A stretch of 63,688 nucleotides of DNA, counting the filler, from Asterionella formosa (Eukaryota): NCBI GenBank assembly GCA_002256025.1. It is 13 parts of 13 records of this genome, joined end to end, with 100 filler letters (N's around TTAATTAATTAA, not from the genome) between each part and the next. Parts side by side here need not be neighbours in the genome. Positions count along the whole stretch, not along the records: positions 9,829 to 14,640 come from NKIB01013347.1; positions 14,741 to 19,551 come from NKIB01013348.1; positions 19,652 to 24,462 come from NKIB01013349.1; 10 more parts are not named here. One strand, written 5' to 3'. Position 1 is the first letter of the stretch, and the number at the start of each line of letters is the position of its first letter. The translations under genes and the position numbers were made by a program. Below, piece by piece: positions 11,950 to 23,822 of this stretch. A model generated the notes under the pieces. That model was not told the origin of the DNA. It did no database searches and worked only from the letters and a program-made list of their open reading frames with translations.

Positions 11950-12800
11950 TAAATGGGCTAGAAGAGTTATTTCAAGGACTCAGTTTTCGGAGCATGTAAA
12001 TATAATTTCACAAAAGGTCCATGTTAAATGGTGGGCTGATATTGCCCAGAGTCAGTCATTACCATTGAGCTCCAAGTGGATAATGTTTTCAACGTGGATG
12101 AGACTTTCATTCTTTTCTAACCTGGTAAATTGGAACAAAACAAGAAGGCTCCTTGGTTCCAGTTGAAAATGACAAAAAGGGAGTCACACTGGCAGCCACA
12201 GCTAGTCTACAACTTCTCCCACCATTCCACATTGATACTGGATCATTTGGAGCAGATCTGTCTTGGAGCAACGACAAAAAGTGAACAGTTATTGTCAACA
12301 AATCACATTAATGACTCAATATGCTTTTATTATATATCTTGACTGGCTATTGAAAAATTTTCAAATGTCAAAGGTCTATGCTTATTGTAGATCGATCCAA
12401 AATTCATTTTGGAACAATTATTACAGATTGGCTAGAAACAAATCATTCATCACCTGTACCAGGTAAAGTCTTCCTTGTGTACATCTAAGAAGGCTTGACA
12501 TCAATTCATCAGATTTGTGATATTGCTTTGAATAAACCTCTCAAGGCTGCAATCAAGAAGTGGATTTATGATATCAGGCAAAAAGCCATAGCTAATTAAA
12601 CTGCCAAGGAGCTGGTTGGTTGTGCTCTGATAGTACCAAGGGATGATCTGGTTGAAATGATTGAGACTGGCTTTCATGGAAAAAACTAGGTGATAAGCCC
12701 AGGAGATGAATTGAAGCTGCATTCGCAAAATGTGGGCAGGATCCTTGGTCAGCCAAGTTGGAGCGTTTTGAAAAACATCTTATTTCCTCAATGAGAATGC
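11950..12800 (+). pseudogene. Probable pogo/Tigger-like (DDE_1) transposase remnant
   Basis: 12061 translates as TIELQVDNVFNVDETFILF*, resembling the pogo NIFNxDET motif. There is a weak QGMI match to DQGII near 12638, and many stops. Confidence 0.4.
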
Positions 12801-13399
12801 AATAAATTTGAACATGCAGAAATCGAGAAGTCAATTGAAATTAACATGAACACTTAGTTACATCATCATGGTAAACTCACTAATTATCAGCATATTACCA
12901 TGCTATGATGCCCCCCAAGCACCCCACATCGATGGGGCAGGTGGGCAAAGCGGCCGGATAGGTTTTCTCCTGGCGCCTTGGAACAGCCACAAAAAATGCA
13001 TAAGCATTACGCTGCCAGTGCGAGCCATACTAATGATTCTAAACTAGACTACCAGTGCGTATCAGTATCCTGGTACTTAGCGGCCTTTTCACGTGCCGTT
13101 TAGTCGGTTTATAAAACATTTCACATGCACATGGAGACTGCACCAGTCGTTTGCAGATGCATCATATGCAGGAAAGTATATTGCTCTACCGTAGTGTGTG
13201 CCTAGTTGGAACGTGTAGTAGAAAGAATGCAAATTAATTTAGCTCCTCCTTTTCATGATTCTCTAGAGGCAGATATGCTAGTTACTGGAATGCTTCTAAA
13301 AGATTCATAGAGCATCTAAGGGAATGCTTCTAATAGATTCATAGAGCATCTAAGCATTGCTCTTCATTCCAGAGAGTTTGTGAAGTTCTTGATTGTCAT

Positions 13400-13995
13400 T
13401 TAATTTTTCAAATGTTGAATCTGATGCAATTAGACATTCCCTATGATCATTTAGATAATATTTGCTCCAACAAGAGAATTAATTGGATTGCACTTCTATT
13501 AGTCCAGTTACTTCAAGAAAGTGCGGCTTAGTATAGTCACAATTTGCCAAGTTTGCAGTCAATCTCATTCTACATGTTCGAGAATGTGGCGTCAGTTGTA
13601 CTGTCGAAACTCGAGCCAGCACTTCCATCATTCCAGCAAAATCGCCCCAAAGAACTTCGTAGCTCTGGAATTCTCGAAATGTATGTCAATGTTTTTGTAA
13701 TGTTCAAAATGTTTTTGTCTGGGAATTTCTACATTTTCTTTTCACACATAATTAGAATTTGCAGTAACCTTGGAATGAGTGATACAGCAACTTTATCAAA
13801 GGCCGAATGTATGTACGAGACTGATCCTCGAAAGATCATCTCCAGGGCAGCACACGTCATGCAAATATCGTCTTCATCGTGTGACATGACGACAATAAGG
13901 CACAATACATCTGCACCTCCAAAGCGAAGTTCCTCGTTATACTTTGCTTCATCCCATGTAAATACTTTCTCAAATCTTTTTATTCCCCAATGGGC
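13400..13995 (-). pseudogene. Interrupted helical-repeat (ARM/HEAT-like) protein gene
   Basis: The minus strand reads ...EELRFGGADVLCLIVVMSHDEDDICMTCAALEMIFRGS...LIPRLLQIL...KM* and continues with protein-like sequence after the stop. The family is a guess. Confidence 0.3.
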
Positions 13996-14511
13996 AAAAT
14001 AAGTGTTTCAGTTAGCTGCCATGCATTCTCAATCATCACTTACCATCAATGGTCCTTTTTGACGACACACAAGTCCTTGTTGCGCAGCGTCGAATCCTTG
14101 CCCGTCATGCCGACCTTGGAACTGACCCTTGACTGGCATGTGCTGTTGGACAGCTCGAGATGTGACTGGAAGTTCGTCTCGGCACATCAAAGCTCGCGTG
14201 ATATTGTCACTTTATCTGTCATGGTGGACTGGTATACATGAAAGGGAAGAGCAGGTCTGGTCTGGTCAATCGAGATGTTGTTGCCGGAATTGCAGATCAA
14301 AGAAGAGTAATTGTCGTCGATGCAAGTGATAAATACGGGAAAAAGATTGCTCCGGTTCTCTGGGGAATTGGTGACTTACCGCTTACCGCACCAACTGATG
14401 AATCAGATACTTGATGGGTACTGGTACAACATGGTTGTACCATCTACCTATGATCCGAGCTCAGACCACCAACTATCATGGGTTGACTGGCAGCGCAGCA
14501 GCAACAACCAC

Positions 14512-14598
14512 AAGAAGAAGAAGAAGAAGAAGAAGAAGAAGAAGAAGAAGAAGAAGAAGAAGAAGAAGAAGAAGAAGAAGAAGAAGAAGAAGAAGAAG

Positions 14599-14639
<41 letters not shown>

Positions 14640-14640
14640 C
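14512..14640. repeat. Compound microsatellite (AAG)29(AAC)14 at the contig end
   Basis: Read directly. Confidence 0.98.
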
Positions 14641-14740
14641 NNNNNNNNNNNNNNNNNNNNNNNNNNNNNNNNNNNNNNNNNNNNTTAATTAATTAANNNN
14701 NNNNNNNNNNNNNNNNNNNNNNNNNNNNNNNNNNNNNNNN

Positions 14741-14852
14741 AGTCGAGAAAGCCTTCTGTGCCATCCTGATACGCATCGTCGTATGCCACTTCGGTGCCAA
14801 AGCGAATGCCGCGATCGTCCACCGCGTCCTTCGTTTCCTTGGCTGCGGGCAT
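14741..14852 (-). CDS. 5' end of a protein-coding gene cut by the contig edge; weak resemblance to an SF3B1 N-terminus
   Basis: MPAAKETKDAVDDRGIRFGTEVAYDDAYQDGTEGFLD is GC-rich and coding-like. The identity is tentative. Confidence 0.4.
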
Positions 14853-17800
14853 GCTGATTGAGCGATAAATGGGGGCGAATGTTTCTAAGGACTGCAAAGG
14901 AGATTCTCGATAGATGAAAGGAGAACGGAAGAGCGTCCAAAGTGGTGTTTGCTATTGTTGTGGGGGATGCGCTGCTGCAATGACACCCGCATCGATGCAT
15001 TTGCCTGAGGGCTTGGTTTAAGGAGCACTACGACTGCTACACGACACATCGGTATGTAGCAGATATCTGGGCGGACACGGTGGTACCAGGGGTACCAAGG
15101 GGTATGATATGTATGGTTCAGGATTCACGTTGTTTGCCTACATGTTTACAGGCCAAGTACCAGGTACCTGGTACCTGGTACCGTGTATGATACACCGCCC
15201 GTTGGTACCAGGGCGGTAATTGTACCAGGTACCGGTACTGAAACTAAAATTTCTTATTCACACCCTGAATTTTAGGTCAAACCGACACCTAAAAAATGGT
15301 CGGTACAAAATGTATACACGAGAACGACTTCTACCTCGGGCGGACCACACCCATCCATACCTAATGCAGAAAGTACTGATAATACGCTGCAGGGCGGAGC
15401 AGATGACAAAAAATATCGTAACTTTAGTATACACACAATATGTTAATTACGACTCACTATCACTTCATTTCAACCTCAACCAAATGATAGAATGTAGATG
15501 AAATGAATAGCTAGCTATTAGTAGTGTCAGTACTACTTGTTCTGTTGAAATTTGTTGACAACATTCAACAATGGCCTAATTCTTCGGTTGACTGCTTGAA
15601 CCAAACTTATTCCTTTGTTCATTTCAATTAATACTAGTAGCAATTCATTAGCATCAAAATTTAAAAATCAGAGTTTCGATGTTAACATTGTAGTATTTAG
15701 TAGTAGATTTATCCATACTGCTAGCTAGTTTGAATAATCTTGTTGGCTGCACATTGTGAGTTTAGCTTCATGCACTCCTTGTATCGCTCATGAAGCCTCA
15801 ATAGTAGGCTTAGTCTATGGAGCGAGTTCAATCATCTCTTAAATCCATCAAAGAATCATGCTATTTTTGTGAATTTTTAACCACCCGACCTGCTTTATCA
15901 GCTTGCAACAAATTGTGGACCCTCAGTGACAAATTTGCATGACATAGTGATAGAAAATCCAGAAAGCTTCTTGATTCAATTCACCAATCAATAATGCGCC
16001 AGAGTTTAAAAACTTGTAGTCGGTAATTAATAGACGAACACATTCGAAGGCTTTTTTCTAGCAATAAGAACTGGGTGGTAAATCGATGATAGTTGGCAAT
16101 CAATTGGGCTTGAATTGGTAACGAAAACGAAGAAGTATGACTCTATACCACCGTAGTAGGCATGGATGATGGTAAACAGAATAAATCAGACGACTACATA
16201 ATCAAACGCACATTTTCATGGCTGTCATGATATCTAGTCATCAACATTCTATTTTAAAATCACATCCACACATGCAACGAGCTGTTAGAATTGTGGTCAC
16301 ATTACCAACATGCAACATACTTCTACAACTTGCAATTTTGCTGCATACTTGCTAGTATTTCAGAGATTGACGAGACAGCATGGACTTCGGTTGATTGCTG
16401 CGATAATCGATTGTCGCTTCATACAAATGAGCACATCCGTAGCTAGCAATGACAAAGGTGAGCCGTGGCGTACTGTAGACCGATCATATGGTTTCGCAAT
16501 ATTTAATGACAAGGACAAAGAAAAGTTCATGCCGATAAGATTCTGCAACACATCGGTACGTACTGACATGTATGTATGCGCATCCATCAGGTACCAGGTA
16601 CCAGGTACCTGGTACATTGTACCGGTATTAGTACTCCATAATATCATATTAAGTCATAACTACCGTCGAGTATAATTCTCTATTTACATACCGGTACATC
16701 AATGCTCCATGTCTGGTATCAGGTAATTGACACAGGATTACACAATGCGAGGTCCGTTTTTTGCCAAAATAATTTTATGATGCACCTTAATCCACACATT
16801 ACGCACAAGTATATAAAAGAGTTAAAGGTAAAATTAGCTTTCACCAATACGACCACTTTGCATATGCATAGATACAGGAAACCCCCTGTTCCACGCCGTT
16901 TTAACAACCCTAGCGACGTTTTCTCCAAACTAGGGTTAAGCCGGGGCCGCAACCTTATGAATGACAACGACCGGAAAGGGCCACTCTTATAGCTAAGCAA
17001 AAGTATGCAGTACTAGTAAGTAAGCAGTAGTACCATTAAGAAAAAGTAAGCAAGTCTTGCTTACTTTCCTATATTCTCTCCAAACTCAAAATCGCTCACC
17101 TTTTCCGGCCAAAGTGATAAAAAACCTATCTAAGGTTTCAAAAACGTCGGGATTGGAAGTTTGTAACTGCCAGCATCATCATACCAAGAACTACCCAATT
17201 TAACTGTTATAAACTAAATATGTTAATTACACATGACTTATGAAGATAATAGTATACTGGTCAACTATTGTGAAATATCATCATTATGCACTTCCATGTC
17301 ACGACGCATCCTTTTGCAGCACCAATACAAGCAATGATCAATTCTCAGTTGAATAAATTGATTTTATCACATGTTTTGCATTAATTAATCGTGATATTGT
17401 TTTGGTCATCTTTGTAATCACTGTGCCACTAATGTGAAGTGTCAAATCTATTTGTATCATAGTCATTCGTCAGAATTACGCATCAAGAAATCCGTCATCA
17501 GTGACTTCAATTTTCATTGTCAAAATTAATCTTATTGAAATTGAAAAAATACTTTATGATTGTATTGCCTATATCATGCTTAATATATGTACCCAATAGC
17601 AAAGTGTTGCTTGTTCTCATTTTTCATGGAGATGTTTGTTTTTTCCATCATGGTCAAAGCTGAGGTGATATGATGAAGGATTCTCCAGCTACTCACGCAC
17701 AACAACTGTTGGTACACTCTAGCGCTTTCTCTAAAAGAAAGAAAGGATCGCATTATCTCAGCTTAAATTATATGCCAGAAATAGGATCGCATTATCTCAG

Positions 17801-18536
17801 CTAAATAATTATATGCCAGCTAAGATGGTGGGGGCTACCTAGTGTACTCTGAGATTGAACGCAGCCACAGTCAAAATTGTAATTCGATGAAAAACAAAGA
17901 ATTCGTAGTACACATCTCTTGAGCCCGCCCATTCCCTGTAATTGCAAGAGTGATCCCTGAAAATGCTTGCCATGAATTCCATACTTTTGAGGAAGTTGTA
18001 ATTCATACAACATTTTGCACATGTCACGAGTTTAGAATTGGGCAATAGTAGATTCCAAAGTAAATTAGTGAATGATAAACATGATGAAATGCATGGCAAA
18101 AATCAAACAAATGAGCGAGCCGGATACCATGTCGGAGGCTGAAAACGGCACCCATTGTTTGCATATCCTTGATTATTTCTTTCACATAATGATGCTCAGT
18201 ATATCAATTTGCTTAGTTCTTGTTCTAATCTACTGATTCTTGGCGATAAAAGTAGTTCTGTCTTAATTCATGTATCATGATGCTAGGTTGCTAGAATGAC
18301 CTAACTGCTAGGAACCTCGCTCATTCAGTATCATAGCTAAGAACTTGATCTCTTGCGCACACTGGGAAATTGACATATACTTGGCTTCCGTGCTATATAG
18401 TTTAACCTACAATGCTTGTCATCTAGAGTTCTTCCAACTGATAAGTGTCCCGCCAACAATAATATCAAGATAGCCAATCATGCCAATCCTTGAATTTACC
18501 TTATTAACGACCCAGACACTGTCCATGAGGGCAATG

Positions 18537-18863
18537 ACTCTTGACTCTTTTGGCTTATGCAACTTGAGAAATCTATCTGGCTTATTGGTCAGATACTATC
18601 CAATGACTCACATCTAAGCCGCGAAATACGCCACATTTCGAAATTTGTTCTACGTAGGAGTTTTAATTATGTGGTGGTACTTCACTTGAATTAATGCTAC
18701 TCTTGACTCTTTTGGCTTATGCAACTTGAGAAATCTATCCGGCTTATTGGTCAGATACTATCCAATGACTCACTTGTAAGCCGCGAAATACGCCACTTTT
18801 CGAATTTTTTTCTACGCATGAGTGTTAATTATGTGGTACTTCACATGAATTAATGCTACTCTT
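18537..18863. repeat. ~162-bp tandem duplication
   Basis: The unit beginning actcttgactc...ggcttatgcaacttgagaaatctatc and ending taatgct starts at 18537 and again at 18699. Confidence 0.95.
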
Positions 18864-19269
18864 CCCGTAGAAAAGGTTAGTTTTAACGGTTTCATGTGAA
18901 GTTTTAACTGTTTCATGTGAAGATTTCAAAAGAAACTTAATTCGATGTTTCAAATAATTCATTTCAAATTTCAACTAAGTCCTGCTCTTGAGGCTAATTC
19001 ATATACGACATGCATCTTCCTTTGTGAAATACATGGTACAGTGGTGTCTCTATTCAGCTACAGTTTATGGTTGTGCACTTCACGTAAATAATATTTACTA
19101 TTATACTGAACAATATTTCTTGTCGTGGTTTCATGTGATGGTTCACAATCATACGGTTATTTCCAAAGCAGGAATAGTTGATGTTAAAACTTAACCTGTG
19201 AATAGATTTTCCATTAGATCAAACGTTTTACTCAGCATACGTTAAAAAACTGATTGATTATTCTAATAT

Positions 19270-19551
19270 TTTGACATGTTGATGATCATTTTGATATATC
19301 AACAGCTGTGTCTTTATGATCAATCAAATTTGTACATTAGGTTAGTAGCATACACATGATAGGTTATGCGTATTTAAGAACTCATACATATTAGTTACCA
19401 AATCTAATCGGTTAACCAAAATTCTTGATATATTGATCAAATGTTGTGTTATGTTGATGATAATTTTGATATATATCATGACCGAGTTGGTGTGGTCAAT
19501 CAAATTTGTTTGTCAGATTATTTTCTTACACACGTCAGGTTACGCATAGTT
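19270..19551. repeat. Diverged ~175-bp AT-rich tandem repeat running into the contig end
   Basis: atgttgatgat.attttgatatat...caatcaaatttgt...acac...aggtta.gc occurs near 19277 and 19452. Confidence 0.7.
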
Positions 19552-19892
19552 NNNNNNNNNNNNNNNNNNNNNNNNNNNNNNNNNNNNNNNNNNNNTTAAT
19601 TAATTAANNNNNNNNNNNNNNNNNNNNNNNNNNNNNNNNNNNNNNNNNNNNCATCACCTACTCGGTTAAGATTGCATATCACTAGTTTATGACTTCTAAT
19701 TGAAGACTTCTTTTCTGTATTTTCCGGCATGTACCGTTAGGATTACATTGAGCTGATCGACGAAGAGTGTGAGCATACAGCATACAATCCAACATTTCAC
19801 TTTTCCCGATCACAGTGCCGGTATATCCAAAGACGAGCTGCAGAGCACGATCTATTATTTAATATACAAGATATCTGTATCGCACTCAACCC

Positions 19893-21839
19893 ATGACATC
19901 AAATAGTTGTACGATCAAAACGTCGAAATCTAATGTTCGAGCGATACTTGCACTTGAAGATCTAGCGAGGAAAATCACAGCAGCTTCGATGACCGGCGCC
20001 GACAGTAACACAAACAATTCGATTCTTATCGCTGGTGGTGTCACTGAGGAGACGGAAAAAATGGCATTTTTCCCGACTAATGAAGGCTGCAAAAAGGAGG
20101 TTTCGTCAACGTCAATGGTGCATTCAGCTCTGGGAACGGCAGCCATCGAAGTGAGCAATTTCGAGGCAAGACTTCACTCCTCGGGGGATCGAAGAGGTTC
20201 CCTGCAGTCCCCACCCACTACCCCTCGAAGGACAGTGTTCAAGCAGTATTGGGAAAAATCTTCGAAACGAGACTCGACACATTGTAGTCCCCGGAAGAAT
20301 ACGCTGTCTGATGCTCTGAGCCAGCACTGCCCAGACGTCGATATTCGGACGTTTTCTCCTCCCCTTGCACTTTGTGGATCACTTAGGGACTATCATTCGC
20401 TGACTGATAACTTTCCGAATGGAGAAGTTCCGTCCAAACACTCACTTCCTTCGCTTCCATCTGCGCTCAGACGATGGACGAGCCATCATGGGTCGAAAGA
20501 CCATGGCATGGGCATGTACCCATTGCTCGTGCCGCAGTCAATCCTTCGAAAAGATAGTCGACGGATGGTCACTTCTGATAACGATAGACAACCACGCTCG
20601 GTTGATGAACCAGCCCATTTGAGTAGAAGGCTCAACTTGGAGCTAACATCGTCAACGCGGCGTCCCACTTTGGAATCGTCCTTGTCTAGGCATATTGTCC
20701 ACTTGGGCGATGAAAAAGAGGGAGAGCTTAGAAACTCTTTGTTAAAGGCAAAGAAAGATAAAGGAAAACATACTCACTTTGACCCTCGCATTGTTATTAC
20801 CGAATTCGATGACCACGCACCTCGATATTGGTATTCTGAAGAAGAATTGATCGGCTTCAAGAGCGACACTATCCTGTTAGCACAACAATACATGTCATTG
20901 CATCCTGAACTATGCGAAGACTTCAACAATACCTCTATTGAATCTGTCACTGGCCAGGTGAGGAGGCGGACATTGTTCTCAATCCCAGTTCTGAATTCAC
21001 TTCCAGAAGATTTAGAGGCTATCACCAAGCAACATGAACATCTGGAAGCCATGGTGCAGAAAAGTGTGAAAAAAATTCTTATCGTTGACCCAAACAAAGC
21101 AATTCTCAATCTATTCTGTAAAAGCTTGCAGCGGATTTTTCCGGAAGCCCAGCTCTCGTCAGTTCAAACCGGCGAGGAGGCACTGAAACTATACAAGACC
21201 GAAATGAGGAAAATAACGGACTCCGTCGAAGGCCAGCTCCGTTCATTTGATGTTGTCATCGTCGAGGAGCGTCTGAATCGACTCCAGCATAAGAAAAGTG
21301 GTGATAGAACATCAAATTCACAAAATATCAGTCTAGAAAGGGGTCACCGCCAATCGAGCTCATTCTCTGACTTTGTTACATTATCTCATGCAGGGCACCC
21401 AATGCTCGAGAAAGTGAAACTCGAGAAGCAATCTTCCTTCTCCAATTTGGATGAAAATGGCAACATGTGCATGGGAACCGAAATGACAGGATCGGATTTA
21501 ATCCTACGAATTCGACAACTGGAGAGCCAAACGTTTAATGGAAATGGAGACTCAAGAGATGGAGGCTTTTCACCAGTTGTCAAAGCGTCAACAATGAAGT
21601 CATGGGAATCCGGAGGAAACCTTGTTCGAGCGCTACTAGTGGGAGTGTCTGTCGACGTTGATCGCGATGGAGAGAAGTTGCGAAATAGCGGAGCTGACAT
21701 GGTGTGGGGAAAGCCCCCTCCATCAATGGGGACATTGTTGCGGAACCGGATTGTATGTGAATTGATGAAACGACGGGGAAACCATTTATTTCCATGCACC
21801 AGCCAGGCGAAGAACCCCAATGAAGTTGCAACATGGTAG
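19893..21839 (+). CDS. 648-aa protein with a C-terminal atypical response-regulator receiver domain
   Basis: Long ORF with KILIVDPN...FDVVIVEE...MTGSDLI...LLVGVS...GADMVWGKPPP. The N-terminal half is Ser/Arg-rich. Confidence 0.85.
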   Translation: MTSNSCTIKTSKSNVRAILALEDLARKITAASMTGADSNTNNSILIAGGVTEETEKMAFFPTNEGCKKEVSSTSMVHSALGTAAIEVSNFEARLHSSGDRRGSLQSPPTTPRRTVFKQYWEKSSKRDSTHCSPRKNTLSDALSQHCPDVDIRTFSPPLALCGSLRDYHSLTDNFPNGEVPSKHSLPSLPSALRRWTSHHGSKDHGMGMYPLLVPQSILRKDSRRMVTSDNDRQPRSVDEPAHLSRRLNLELTSSTRRPTLESSLSRHIVHLGDEKEGELRNSLLKAKKDKGKHTHFDPRIVITEFDDHAPRYWYSEEELIGFKSDTILLAQQYMSLHPELCEDFNNTSIESVTGQVRRRTLFSIPVLNSLPEDLEAITKQHEHLEAMVQKSVKKILIVDPNKAILNLFCKSLQRIFPEAQLSSVQTGEEALKLYKTEMRKITDSVEGQLRSFDVVIVEERLNRLQHKKSGDRTSNSQNISLERGHRQSSSFSDFVTLSHAGHPMLEKVKLEKQSSFSNLDENGNMCMGTEMTGSDLILRIRQLESQTFNGNGDSRDGGFSPVVKASTMKSWESGGNLVRALLVGVSVDVDRDGEKLRNSGADMVWGKPPPSMGTLLRNRIVCELMKRRGNHLFPCTSQAKNPNEVATW

Positions 21840-22205
21840 AAACGGCCGTTTAAACCATGCCGTAGGGACATTAGCGCCAATCACAAGAGAACTTGAGCAT
21901 ATGTTTGGCGCAACACGTTTCGTGCGGGAAGGTATGGGACAGGTAATGCGCTAACCCGTAGATGAAAAGACCCTCAAATGGACAGAAGGACTGCAGTGGC
22001 AGCGCACAAAGCAGATCTAAGGATGATCGGTTGTCCCAACCCTATATCGAAAAGTCAGAGAGTGGTAGTTCCCACCCGTAGGACAAGATTTCGATCGCCG
22101 TTGAGTAGTAAGTTGTTCAAAATTGTTCTACACAGTTAAAGCTTACATTGTCTTAGGCTATAGTTGAGATTGGTGTGAGGATGAATGAATAGTGCCAGGC
22201 CGATC

Positions 22206-23822
22206 TCAATCGTTCTCGTCGGCTCCACGATTTGAGTGACTCATGGAGAAAGAAGTGGCACAGGACAAGGGAACTACTGGATCTCCATGCTTGGATGGGA
22301 TATCTCCCTGTGGTAATTCGTATGGTTTGTCTACCCCACAGATATAAGGATGATTTTGCGCTTCACGCACAGTCATACGTTCATCTGGATTCGATTTGGT
22401 CATCATGAAAAGCATCATAGCAGCATCCTTTGGTAATTCTGATACATCTCGAACCTTGAGGGGTTTCCGAGGTGGAGGACTCCTTTTGAAACAGCGACAA
22501 CCAGTATCACCAACCTGATCCTGGACAGATGTGACCTTCCGTAAATATTGTGAAATAGACACATTCGGTGGAATTCCTGTCAATACGACACGGAGAGTCC
22601 ACCCCACGGAGTATGCGTCCACAATCATACCGTAGTCGGCAACGCAATCAGTCAGAGCCACTTTCGTTAGAGTCAAATCAGCTGCTGTCTTGTTGCGAAG
22701 TTGATTCTTAATCTCGGGAGCAGCGTATGCCTTGGTACCTAGAGCACTCATGGAGCGAAACTTGGTCCGTGCAGTAGATTGCCTTGTCAAGGCTGCTCGT
22801 TGACGACGTACATGGCCGTCCATCCTTACACCATTCGAGGAATAATCCTCGTCACCTCCTTCGTCATATAATCCAATATCATTATATATAGGATCGGCCA
22901 TATTTGTTTCACTGTCCTCAGGGCCATTCTCCTCCTTTACCACAAAGGGAACAGCTAGAGAAACGGCTGAAAGTCTCTTATTTATTGACAGTGCCTTCGG
23001 AGAGGTTTCAGTCGGTCCAAAATCTTGTGGTGGCGCAAAGGACAGTTTCCGGATTTGTTGAATGACCACTTCGGCTCCGTGATCATCGTCAGCGCCGTCA
23101 TCCTCGTCAGTGACGAGCTTGGCAATCTCGCCAATCGATAATGCATTCTCATTACAAATAGATCCCCTCATCTTCTTGGGTTGCGCATATATCTCACCTT
23201 CTTCCAGCGCCCGCGCAAACCCGAAGTCCACTATCATGAGCTTATATTTCCCAGTTTCAACCACATGTTCAGCCTCTTGACTATCACTCCAAATAATGTC
23301 GTCTCCAACCCAGTTATATATATCCTGAGCGGCCAATTGCGTATTTTCCAAAATACAATTGGTAGGCTTTATATCGCGATGAATCACAGCGCGTCCATGC
23401 AGGTAGCTGACGGCTGCAATGAGGTGCCGAGCGACAAGTCGCGAAAGGGGCAACCCCAACGCTCCGCGTTTTGTGACTAGGTATTGTAGATTAGGACCAC
23501 GTGCCATCTGCAAAGCCACCAGTTGGGACGACGAGCGGAAGACGGGAAAGGCCCTGATCAAGCGAATAACGTTGGGATGGTGGAGCTCCTGGAGTATGGC
23601 AATCTCGCGTTGAGCGTAGACTCGTCCTTTCTCTTCCTTGATGAGGATGTTTTTGAGGGCAACATATTCGTCGTCAAATTCATCTTCGGGTTTCGTAACT
23701 CGTCGTGCCATCCAAACAACACCAAAGGATCCGCGTCCCAAGACTTCCACTCGTTCGTACATGCGCTCTGCAAGTTCAGGCCATTCTTCGTCGCCATACT
23801 GCGCTTGTACAAGGTCGCCCAT
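22206..23822 (-). CDS. Ser/Thr protein kinase, 538 aa
   Basis: GRGSFG, VALK, HRDIKPTN, DFG, GTKAYAAPE, DAYSVG and ERMT motifs are all present. Confidence 0.95.
   Translation of the reverse strand: MGDLVQAQYGDEEWPELAERMYERVEVLGRGSFGVVWMARRVTKPEDEFDDEYVALKNILIKEEKGRVYAQREIAILQELHHPNVIRLIRAFPVFRSSSQLVALQMARGPNLQYLVTKRGALGLPLSRLVARHLIAAVSYLHGRAVIHRDIKPTNCILENTQLAAQDIYNWVGDDIIWSDSQEAEHVVETGKYKLMIVDFGFARALEEGEIYAQPKKMRGSICNENALSIGEIAKLVTDEDDGADDDHGAEVVIQQIRKLSFAPPQDFGPTETSPKALSINKRLSAVSLAVPFVVKEENGPEDSETNMADPIYNDIGLYDEGGDEDYSSNGVRMDGHVRRQRAALTRQSTARTKFRSMSALGTKAYAAPEIKNQLRNKTAADLTLTKVALTDCVADYGMIVDAYSVGWTLRVVLTGIPPNVSISQYLRKVTSVQDQVGDTGCRCFKRSPPPRKPLKVRDVSELPKDAAMMLFMMTKSNPDERMTVREAQNHPYICGVDKPYELPQGDIPSKHGDPVVPLSCATSFSMSHSNRGADEND

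Noticed and set aside
13288..13355. Short local duplications (33-40 bp here and at 17743-17819)
   Set aside because: They are simple two-copy slippage duplications with no further structure.
14311..14692. Poly-Lys, poly-Arg and poly-Phe ORFs
   Set aside because: They are translations of the AAG/AAC microsatellite.
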